Shown here: piece by piece, positions 17,467 to 26,200 of the stretch
How positions within the stretch are numbered: the first letter of the stretch is position 1
Layout: every line of letters starts with the position of its first letter
Assembly: GCA_030606485.1 (NCBI GenBank)
Contig: JAUWGH010000013.1
Span: forward strand, 1-32,000
Origin: Promethearchaeota archaeon
Lineage (GTDB): Archaea > Asgardarchaeota > Lokiarchaeia > Sigyniarchaeales > SOKP01
DNA length: 32,000 nucleotides
Reading direction: 5' to 3'
The notes under the pieces: generated by a model
Told to the model about the DNA's origin: nothing
What the model saw: only the letters and a program-made list of their open reading frames with translations
The model's database searches: none
Position numbers and translations under genes: made by a program

Positions 17467-18333
17467 ATGAAAGGAAAATCAATTATTGAAGTTCTATTAG
17501 TTTATATTTGCATTTCTTTGATTTCTTGGGTTCTACGTGCATTATTAGCCGATTTATTTATTTTAGAAATTGAAATTTTAGGCTGGAGTTATATTGGAGG
17601 TACCATTCAAATTTTGATTACATTATTTATTCTACTAATAATAAAAGGAGATTTTAAATCGTATGGAATCACAAAAATGGGCTGGAAATTTAGCCTTGAT
17701 ATTGGTTTAACAAGTTGGTTAGTCATATTAATTCCAATTGGAGTTCTTATGGTATTCCAATTAAATTATATGGGGTTTTTAGATGCAATAATTTTAGCTG
17801 GATGTGAAGCTATTGCTATAGTGTTGATTCTTTTGATCATTAGAGGGCGTAATATAGAAGATTATGAAATAGACTCATCAAAATCCCGAATAAACGTTAT
17901 ATTTATTGTTTTTTTATTATTATTTCCTATTTTTTTAGGTCTTTTCTTCAATAAATCTCCAAATATAATGCTAAAAATTATTTCAACAGTAATTTGGCAA
18001 TTTATTTTTTCTGGATTCGGTGAGGAACTTCGTTATAGAGGATATTATCTATCAAGAATAAATGAAGAGTTTGGAAGACCTTACGAATTACTTGGTGTAA
18101 AATTTGGTCTTGGGCTAATTTTATCTTCTCTTTTATTCGGACTCAGCCATGTCTTAAATCCATTTAGTCCTTTTGAAGGAAAATTTGAATTTGCATGGTG
18201 GTGGGGTTTGTGGACATTTTTTGCAGGGTTATTCTTTGGATTTTTAAAAGAAAAGACAAATAATATAATAGCACCAGGTATAGCTCATGGTTCTGATGCT
18301 ATAGGAGAAGCGCTAAATTTAATTTTTTCTTAA
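17467..18333 (+). CDS. CPBP (CAAX protease/Abi, Rce1-like) intramembrane metalloprotease
   Basis: GEELRYRGY, FGLSH and IAHG motifs in a multi-TM protein. Confidence 0.92.
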   Translation: MKGKSIIEVLLVYICISLISWVLRALLADLFILEIEILGWSYIGGTIQILITLFILLIIKGDFKSYGITKMGWKFSLDIGLTSWLVILIPIGVLMVFQLNYMGFLDAIILAGCEAIAIVLILLIIRGRNIEDYEIDSSKSRINVIFIVFLLLFPIFLGLFFNKSPNIMLKIISTVIWQFIFSGFGEELRYRGYYLSRINEEFGRPYELLGVKFGLGLILSSLLFGLSHVLNPFSPFEGKFEFAWWWGLWTFFAGLFFGFLKEKTNNIIAPGIAHGSDAIGEALNLIFS

Positions 18334-18497
18334 TTTTTTCTATTTTCAAGTTATTAAAATTTAAAAACCCATTAGAAATTTATGTAATCGCTTACCTAAA
18401 GTATATAAGATTAGATAATGAGAAATAAAAGATTTTATTTAATGAATAAAAAGAAAAAATCAAAAAAAAAGATTTAAAATTTTTAATAGATTTTTTT

Positions 18498-19904
18498 TTA
18501 ACTCTTTAATTGTAACTCTTTTAATTTTAACTCTTTTTCAGCGTGTATATCCAAGATTTTCTGTTTAACTTCTTTCAGATAATCTCCTTTAAGAGGATAC
18601 AATATAAGAATTATTGCACCAATTAATACCAATATACCAGGAATTAAACCAATCAGTGCTTTTATTACCAATAATGCAGATGTGGGTTGAGGTAAAATGA
18701 TTTCACCTGTTGCAGAGGTTAAAAAACCCGCAATTGTTAATAACGATGGACCTATTATTAAAGAGAGAGATTGAGCAGGTTTTGTTATCAATGCATTTAC
18801 TCCGAAGAAAGCGGCTTCTCTTCTAACGCCTGTCCTTATTTCATCTTCATCACAAACTTGTGCAAAGAGAACATTTGTCAAAACTAATGGTCCGGATAAT
18901 CCGAAGCCAGCTACGAGTAGAAAGAGATATATAATAACCCCATCAACGAAAAAGATTAACATTAAAGGAATAGAACCGATAACCAAAAGCAGTTGATTAG
19001 CCTTAACTACACCAAGTTTACCTGCAAGAATATTGGCAACAAATGTCCCAACTATAAGTCCGATGATAACGCATAAATATAAGAATATCGAACTAACTTG
19101 CATAACATAATCAGCTAAATAAAAAATGTGGCTAAGTAATAGTTGTTGCATAAAAATAGACATAAAATTCGCACTTACTAATATTATAAATGATTTACTC
19201 TTAAAGGTATATTTCAATGAATCTTTTAAACCAAGAGGGATATCTACTTGCGTGAACTCTGGACGTTCTTTGAACTTATAAGTCGTAATTAGAATAAGTA
19301 TCGCACCAACAATTCCTATTATCATCATTCCTATGTAGAAAGGGAATAGATCTGTTTGACCTACATGAGGTCGTAATATCTCTGGTAAGACAAATCCTAA
19401 AATCATTCCCACTAAAGATAATAAAGAAGCATACGTTTGAAGTGACCCTCTTTCCTTCTCATCCTCTGTGATTTCTGGTAATAGTGCTGAATAGACTAAA
19501 AAGATAATCGTGTAGAATGTATCATAAAGTGCCATGGTCACCAACATCCAAATGAATATCCCAATTTGATCCAAACCTATTGGAACTAACCAGACTAAAA
19601 TGAAAGTTAATCCCAAAAATGGTGCTGAATATCTCATGAAAGGGATACGCCGACCCTTTTTACTGCGACTTCTATCTGACCAAAATCCGAATAATGGATC
19701 ATTTACGGCATTCCATACAGCATACATTATAGCAGATAGTGCAATCCAGGAAGCACCTAAGTTCATATAAACATGATAAAAGTACTGCAATGTAGCACCA
19801 TAAATATTAGAAATGATAGCGCCACCGAAAGAAGCACTAGCCCAAAATATTTTTTCTTTTCTTGAAAATTTTCGCATTATTTTACTTCCAGCCATATATT
19901 TCAC
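18498..19904 (-). CDS. MFS transporter, glycoside-pentoside-hexuronide (MelB-like) family
   Basis: WNAVNDPLFGFWSDRSRSKKGRRIP, SALLPEIT...ER and VCDEDEIRTGVRREAAFFG motifs; about 12 TM segments. Confidence 0.92.
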   Translation of the reverse strand: MKYMAGSKIMRKFSRKEKIFWASASFGGAIISNIYGATLQYFYHVYMNLGASWIALSAIMYAVWNAVNDPLFGFWSDRSRSKKGRRIPFMRYSAPFLGLTFILVWLVPIGLDQIGIFIWMLVTMALYDTFYTIIFLVYSALLPEITEDEKERGSLQTYASLLSLVGMILGFVLPEILRPHVGQTDLFPFYIGMMIIGIVGAILILITTYKFKERPEFTQVDIPLGLKDSLKYTFKSKSFIILVSANFMSIFMQQLLLSHIFYLADYVMQVSSIFLYLCVIIGLIVGTFVANILAGKLGVVKANQLLLVIGSIPLMLIFFVDGVIIYLFLLVAGFGLSGPLVLTNVLFAQVCDEDEIRTGVRREAAFFGVNALITKPAQSLSLIIGPSLLTIAGFLTSATGEIILPQPTSALLVIKALIGLIPGILVLIGAIILILYPLKGDYLKEVKQKILDIHAEKELKLKELQLKS

Positions 19905-20201
19905 TTTTTTTTTATTTGTATCTTTTAAAATCGAATTTAACTAATTTTTTATTAAATTTTCTTGAATTTTATTAGAATATTTTTTGTTTAAGTATTATTT
20001 AATGTTATCTAATGTTTTATATTGTAAAATTATAAATTGATTTAACTTTTCTCCATAAAATAATATTAATGATATTTAAGTTGTAATGAATTTTCTGATA
20101 AAAAAAAGATTTTAAAAAAAAGGTTTACAATTTGGTTATATAATATGTATCTCAGATTTTATGGCTGAAAAATATATTAAATCTGACCTTAATTATTTGT
20201 T

Positions 20202-21044
20202 TTAGCTGATTTTGGGTGGTACGGGAGGATTTCCCAGCATTTCCCTCATCTGCTCTTGAAAGTTATCGAAGTGTCCGGGTAAAATTTTTTGAACATAGAA
20301 TGCTTCGGCTGCTTTAAGTTTAACCTTCTGTCCAATGCCAGCAGCCATGGAACGAAATAATTTATTTGCATATTTAGATAGTTTTTTCAGATCCTCTGGA
20401 CTAACATTGGCAGGGTCAATATTTGGTGCAAATAATTGAGCTATGAGTGTTAGTGAGACTTCGAACTTTAGGATAGCATTAATTTTCTTTTCGAGGGTTG
20501 AAGAGATGTCTACAAAGTAATTAGGCAAGTGGCCTAGCAAACCCATATACCATACTTCAGAGCATGCATAAGGCTCGATACCCTCTTTAATTTGTTCAGG
20601 ATATAGCAATGGGAAGACTGCGAAAGCTCCTGCCTCTGATGCCATTCGTCCCACAATTAAGTGGTCGGGATGCACTTCATAAGTTGCCCAAGGATCTAAA
20701 GTTACTATTCGGTCTGCTTTTAATTTCCTAACATAATATACAAGCTTTTTTCGTAGCTCTGGTCCTGGTATAAATCCACCATCTGGATACTCTAACATTA
20801 GACTTTCTTTCACTCCAAGTATTTTATTAGCAACTCTGAGTTCTTTTTCTCGCATATCAGCTACCTGTTCCCTTGTTAAATCAGTTCTTACTGTTCCTAT
20901 ATTTCCGCTTGTGCAACATACCACATAAATGTTATGCCCTTCTTCTGCCCACTTAGCTATTGTTCCCGCACAGAAGAATGTTAGGTCGTCGGGATGAGCA
21001 ATAATCGCGACAATATTTAAAGATTTGGATTTCAACATAATCAC
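20202..21044 (-). CDS. PIG-L/LmbE family N-acetyl deacetylase
   Basis: AHPDD, TSGNIG, REKELR, YPDG, HPDH and AEAF motifs. Confidence 0.92.
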   Translation of the reverse strand: MIMLKSKSLNIVAIIAHPDDLTFFCAGTIAKWAEEGHNIYVVCCTSGNIGTVRTDLTREQVADMREKELRVANKILGVKESLMLEYPDGGFIPGPELRKKLVYYVRKLKADRIVTLDPWATYEVHPDHLIVGRMASEAGAFAVFPLLYPEQIKEGIEPYACSEVWYMGLLGHLPNYFVDISSTLEKKINAILKFEVSLTLIAQLFAPNIDPANVSPEDLKKLSKYANKLFRSMAAGIGQKVKLKAAEAFYVQKILPGHFDNFQEQMREMLGNPPVPPKIS

Positions 21045-21341
21045 CTAGAGATCTCTCTCATTTTTATTATATACATGTTGTCCACTTTTTAGAAAGATAA
21101 TTTATATTAATTAAATTTTGATCTTATTAGAAAACTTTTTGTATTAGAAATATTTAATGATTTTCATTATTATAATTATAATAACCCTAATGGGTTTTTA
21201 GCCATAAATTTTATTTAAATGTTCAAACTATGTTAAAATTATTGTAAAAAAAAAAACATTATTAAAAACTAAAAGATTGTAATTAGATTATATAATTATT
21301 ATTTAATATTTTAAGAAATCCCAATCAACGGCAGATTTTTT

Positions 21342-22022
21342 ATGGTAAGAATTGAAGAGGATGGCCGAATACACATAAAAGTTTTATACTGGGGAATGGC
21401 TGGTTCTGGTAAAACTACTATTGTAGATACTTTACATCGTCTTACAAAAGAACAAAAATTAGATATGACACCCAAGGGAGAATTAAAAAAAATAGATATG
21501 GCAAATGGTTCTACTTTATACTTTGATAGAGGGATTTTTCAATCCACAAAAACCCCTAAGATTTTTTACCATATTTATACAGTTGCAGGTCAAACTCAAT
21601 TCTCTCCGTTAAGAAAGACGGTATTCGAAGGAACAGATGGAGTACTTTTCGTTGTGGATTCTCAAACTTTTCTTTTTGAAGATAATATTGAATCATTAAA
21701 AGAATTAAAAAAAGTAGCTCAAGGAGATTTAATAAAAGAAATTCCCATGGTTGTAATGCTTAATAAGAAGGACTTAGATGAAACAATTGGTGCCAGTGAA
21801 TTTGAGCATATTTTAAAAGAAGAAGGATTATGGTATTCTCCCCCTAATAAATTATCTCTATGGAATCCTATTATTTTTGAGACTTGTGCATTATATGATT
21901 TAAAAAGGGATATATATCGGAGTTTTTATGAATGTGCTAGAAGAACAGCACTATATCACATATATGGAAATGGAACCGCACCTATTGATGATGAATTTTT
22001 AAAAAAGTATGATAAAAAATAA
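21342..22022 (+). CDS. MglA-like (Arf/Sar-related) small GTPase
   Basis: G1 GMAGSGKTT, G2 STLYFD, MglA-type G3 YTVAGQ, DGVLFVVDSQ, G4 NKKD, G5 TCA. Confidence 0.88.
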   Translation: MVRIEEDGRIHIKVLYWGMAGSGKTTIVDTLHRLTKEQKLDMTPKGELKKIDMANGSTLYFDRGIFQSTKTPKIFYHIYTVAGQTQFSPLRKTVFEGTDGVLFVVDSQTFLFEDNIESLKELKKVAQGDLIKEIPMVVMLNKKDLDETIGASEFEHILKEEGLWYSPPNKLSLWNPIIFETCALYDLKRDIYRSFYECARRTALYHIYGNGTAPIDDEFLKKYDKK

Positions 22023-22219
22023 ATGAGTAATTAATATCCTTGTTATGATCTTCTTTTTTACCTTTTCATTGAGTTTTAGAACTTCTTTTCTTATTTCTAG
22101 ATCTTAATTTTTATTAATCTCTAGTAAGACTTTTGTTATTTTGAAAACCAATAAAAGTATATGCCCTATGAAAAATAGAAAATAAATTTTTATTTCCGGA
22201 ATTGATTTAAAAAATATAT

Positions 22220-22720
22220 ATGAACTTCCAGGAATTACTTGAGCAAATGCCTGATATTTTTGAAAAGGTTAAAGATGATGTTCGAAGAGTGGTAGGACAT
22301 CATAGGGCAGGTTTAAGTTTGGGATTGGTAGATATGGGTATGTTCAAAGGAAATTTTATCGGTGGAATGTTTTTTCCTGGTGGGACAATGATTCTAATGA
22401 ATAGAACCCCTTTAAAAATAATAATTACAGAACAACCAAATAATATCGTGTGGGCATATACTTATCATATCCTATTGCACGAATATATTCATTCGTTAGG
22501 TGTTTTTGATGAACACGCCTGTCGAACAATTACCCGTGAGATTACTGAAAAAACTTTTAGTAATCTTTCACATCCAGCGGTTGTTTTAGCAAGACGTGGG
22601 TTAGGGACCTATTTTCCTAATTTACATTTAATATATGCACCCTCTGATATAGACACGAGTGAGATGGAGATTGAATACGTAAAGGGTTTTGATAGAGAAA
22701 GTCAAACTTATTTTGCTTAA
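22220..22720 (+). CDS. Small zincin-like HExxH metalloprotein
   Basis: HILLHEYIHSLGVFDE: HExxH followed by a downstream Glu. 166 aa. Confidence 0.7.
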   Translation: MNFQELLEQMPDIFEKVKDDVRRVVGHHRAGLSLGLVDMGMFKGNFIGGMFFPGGTMILMNRTPLKIIITEQPNNIVWAYTYHILLHEYIHSLGVFDEHACRTITREITEKTFSNLSHPAVVLARRGLGTYFPNLHLIYAPSDIDTSEMEIEYVKGFDRESQTYFA

Positions 22721-23151
22721 TAATTGGACAATGTTTTAAATATGAATTTATTCATAGATTTTCCATCTAAATTGAAAATTCATAAAAAAAATTGATTTAT
22801 TTATTGAAATAATGAAAATCCTTGAAAGTACCAGAAGAATAGATTGAGTTATTTAAAATAAAAAGGTAGCCCAATTTTGAGATATTATGTTTTTTTTAGA
22901 AAATATTCTTTATTTCTCTTATAACCATCAATATTTTATTTCATTAAAGAATCTCTATCTCGATATTTAACTTTGATAATTAGAGTTAATCATTTTCTCT
23001 AAAAATTTGTTGAGAAATAACATTGATGGTTTGAATTTTAAAAAAGTTAATTTAAAATTTGGTAAATAATTTCTCTAAATGTTATTTTCAATTTATTTAA
23101 CTATGAAAAGGAATCATAAAAAATAAAAAATATAATTTCGAGGAAAAAACT

Positions 23152-24642
23152 ATGAGTTACAAAAAACCTGATAATAAAGATTTGGAGGCTATGATTGGGA
23201 TTGTAGGTAAAAATTACGCAACCGCAAACGATGCAATCTGTGCGTCCTATCTTAGTAAAAGCGTTATGGGACTCGAGGCTCAAATCCCTGACATCGTTAT
23301 TCGTCCAAAATACCCTGAAGAAATTAGAAAAATTCTTGTCTATTGTTCTCAAGAGAAGATTCCAGTGTCGCCCATATCTGGAGGATTATCTGGAGGGTTC
23401 GCATGCCCATTAATAAGACCCGGAGGCGTTGTATTAGATTTAAGTAGAATGGATCGTATAATAGAAATTGATACCGAAAATAGAATTGCAATAATTGAAC
23501 CCGGAGTAACACTCGGTCAATTATGGGCATATATGCATAAGCACACCCCAGAATATTGCCCTCCCATTCCCGATGGAGCTCCTCCTTCATCAACCGTTAT
23601 GGGAGATGCAATTGATAGAGGGTTCTCTTTAGTCACCTCATCCATGGGGCCTCAAGGAGATATATTCATGTGCGCAGAAGTAGTCATTCCAAGAGGTGAT
23701 ATACTCTATACAGGTTCGTGGGCTCTCCCTACAGCAAAACCATTTTATAAATATGGTATAGGACCAGATCTGTGGTCTACCTTAATGGGCTCACAAGGAA
23801 CTATGGGGGTCATCACAAAAGTAGCAATTAAAATCTTTCCCCATCCAGAACATAAGACTGTTGTGGTTTGGGGCATGAGTAACCCACAGGATATGCAAAA
23901 TTTAACATGGCAAATTGGAAATCAAGAATTTGGAATTGCACATCACTGTGTTATGGTTCAAGGTGGAAATTATCCACTTGTAATGACGCGCTGGCCTAAA
24001 GAGAAAGTTCCTCATGATTACGAATTTTACAAAGAAATTGGATTTTCTAAGTGGTGGATGAATTTTGAAGTCTGGGCACAAACTCAAGAAGAATTAGAAT
24101 ATACTGAAAAAAGAATCGATGAATTTGCTAAAAAATTTATGGAATCTAAAGAATGCAAAGATCCGAAATCTATAAAAAAACAAGAATTACATCCAAAACA
24201 AATTGCCAGTAGATTAAAGAAACCTAACAAAATTGCAATTCCATATGGCTACTGGGAAGCTGGATTTCTCTTCATAACCTGGTATACGCCATGGAAAGAT
24301 TGTGCGGAATTTGCTGAAATGTACACTAAGGTCCTTGAAGATCATGGTATTGCACCGGTAATGTGGATTGCAAGCGTTGAAAGATGTAGACAAGCTATTT
24401 GTATGCCAATAATTTGCTTTGACTCAACGAAACAAGAAGATTTTGAAAAAGTACAAGAAATTAATCGTATCACCACTGAATATTCCATTAAAAGAGGTTG
24501 GTTAAATTATCGACCGGATCCTTACATCCATGCACCAATGATGTATTCTCAAGCAGGTACATATTTGAAATATTTAAGAGAGGTTAAGAAAATGTTTGAT
24601 CCTAATTTTATAATGCATCCAGGGAGGTTAATGCTTCCATAA
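23152..24642 (+). CDS. FAD-binding oxidoreductase, VAO/PCMH superfamily (PchF-like features)
   Basis: VVLDLSRMDRIIEID, IEPGVTLGQL, GDAIDRG, YKYGIGPD, GWLNYR and KMFDPNFIMHPGR motifs. Confidence 0.9.
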   Translation: MSYKKPDNKDLEAMIGIVGKNYATANDAICASYLSKSVMGLEAQIPDIVIRPKYPEEIRKILVYCSQEKIPVSPISGGLSGGFACPLIRPGGVVLDLSRMDRIIEIDTENRIAIIEPGVTLGQLWAYMHKHTPEYCPPIPDGAPPSSTVMGDAIDRGFSLVTSSMGPQGDIFMCAEVVIPRGDILYTGSWALPTAKPFYKYGIGPDLWSTLMGSQGTMGVITKVAIKIFPHPEHKTVVVWGMSNPQDMQNLTWQIGNQEFGIAHHCVMVQGGNYPLVMTRWPKEKVPHDYEFYKEIGFSKWWMNFEVWAQTQEELEYTEKRIDEFAKKFMESKECKDPKSIKKQELHPKQIASRLKKPNKIAIPYGYWEAGFLFITWYTPWKDCAEFAEMYTKVLEDHGIAPVMWIASVERCRQAICMPIICFDSTKQEDFEKVQEINRITTEYSIKRGWLNYRPDPYIHAPMMYSQAGTYLKYLREVKKMFDPNFIMHPGRLMLP

Positions 24643-24668
24643 ATGGAAGGAAAAGGAGGTTAATAGAT

Positions 24669-25976
24669 ATGGAAAGATTAGAAGTAATGAAAAAAGAACT
24701 TTATCGTTGTATTCATTGCAAGGCGTGTAAATTTACATATAGTGGAGATCCAAGCAGAGATGGAGTAGGAGAACATAAAGGAGTCCTATATGAAGGCATG
24801 GTTCCGAGCTGTCCAAGTGGTTTAGAATATGGCTGGGAGAGTTTTTGGAATGCCGGAAGAATGTGGATTGCTCGTTGTATTTTGGAAGGAGATTTAGAGT
24901 TTTCGGAAAATGTCCGTGATACGATAATGCAATGCATAACTTGTGGGATGTGTGAAGTCCAGTGTGAAAATAAGGTTCCATGCGTTGATATTATTGAATC
25001 ATTACGGGCAGCTTGTTATTTTTCTGGAGTGCCTCTTATCGAGAAACACGAATTAGTCTCAAAATTCGTAGTAGAAAGAAATAATCCTTATGGTGGAGAT
25101 AAAGACAAAAGATTTGAATGGGTAAAAGAAAATGGGCTTGAAGAATACTTAGACAAAAAAGGTGCCAAAATTGCTTATTATGTAGGTTGCACTGCAAGTT
25201 ATAGGCAAATAAATATTGCGGTCGCTACTTGTAAAATTTTTAAAAGATTAGGTATTGATTTTGCGTTGGTCACAAAAGAAGTTTGCTGCGGTAGCCCATT
25301 CTTTAGGATTGGAAGAACCGATATTTCGCAAGATTTAATGAATACAAACCTTGAACTTTTTAAAAAATATGAAATGGTTTTATTTTCTTGCGCTGGCTGC
25401 TATCGAACCTTTACAGTGGACTATCCGAAATGGATTAAAAAAGAATTACCCTTTAAAACAAATCATGCTTTTGAGTTAATTTCAGATATGGTGAAAGATG
25501 GAAAAATTAAATTTAAAGAAAATCCAGAATTAAGAGGAAAAGTAGTCACATATCACGATCCTTGCCATACTGGTCGTCATTTTTTCATTGATGCTCAGAG
25601 AAAAATTATTGATGAGTCTAAGAATTTAATATTTGACTTAAGAAAGATTAATAAATGGAAAGAGGAATGGTTTGAGAAGCCTAGAATCATAATTCGTGCA
25701 TTACCCGGTGTTAAATTTAAGGAGATGTACAGAATTCATGAGAATTCGTTCTGTTGTGGAGCAGGTGGTGGAGTTAGAGCGGGATATCCTGATTTCAGTT
25801 TAAAAACAGCAAGTTTAAGGCTTGATGAAGCTGAAGCCGTTGGTGCTGATATTATGTTAACGGAGTGTCCATTCTGTTGGAGGAATCTAGATGATGCAAA
25901 CACAATGTTCAATCACGGCATACCAGTTTATGGCATTTTAGAATTAATTGACAAATATGATTTAATTGCAGATTAA
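24669..25976 (+). CDS. HdrD/GlpC-like Fe-S oxidoreductase (4Fe-4S dicluster plus 2 CCG domains)
   Basis: CIHCKAC...CP, CITCGMCEVQC, VGC...CCGSP...CAGC and HDPCH...CCGAGGG...ECPFC motifs. GGAGG SD upstream. Confidence 0.92.
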   Translation: MERLEVMKKELYRCIHCKACKFTYSGDPSRDGVGEHKGVLYEGMVPSCPSGLEYGWESFWNAGRMWIARCILEGDLEFSENVRDTIMQCITCGMCEVQCENKVPCVDIIESLRAACYFSGVPLIEKHELVSKFVVERNNPYGGDKDKRFEWVKENGLEEYLDKKGAKIAYYVGCTASYRQINIAVATCKIFKRLGIDFALVTKEVCCGSPFFRIGRTDISQDLMNTNLELFKKYEMVLFSCAGCYRTFTVDYPKWIKKELPFKTNHAFELISDMVKDGKIKFKENPELRGKVVTYHDPCHTGRHFFIDAQRKIIDESKNLIFDLRKINKWKEEWFEKPRIIIRALPGVKFKEMYRIHENSFCCGAGGGVRAGYPDFSLKTASLRLDEAEAVGADIMLTECPFCWRNLDDANTMFNHGIPVYGILELIDKYDLIAD

Positions 25977-26200
25977 AAAAATTAATTTTTAATCTTTTTT
26001 TTCTTAATTATACTAAATACTAAAAGATTTAGTCGAAGTCTTTATTATTCTAATTAATTTACTTAAAGGAATTTAGTTATTACTTTGTTTTTTGATAGAT
26101 TTTAGCTGATTGGGAGGTTATTTTATTTTTATTTTTTTTAACCATAATTATTTATTTTTAATTTATTATATCTAATTTAGAATTTACAACAAACAATTAT

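Noticed and set aside
18362-21200. 14-bp inverted repeat (TAAAAACCCATTAG at 18362-18375, CTAATGGGTTTTTA at 21187-21200) flanking the MFS and deacetylase genes
   Set aside because: It does not extend, there is no recombinase or transposase and no target-site duplication. Matches of this length are expected by chance in 32 kb of AT-rich DNA.
22020-22200. Minus-strand reading ...ITKVLLEINKN*DLEIRKEVLKLNEK... that looks protein-like
   Set aside because: Internal stop, no start codon and no recognisable family; compatible with AT-rich noise.
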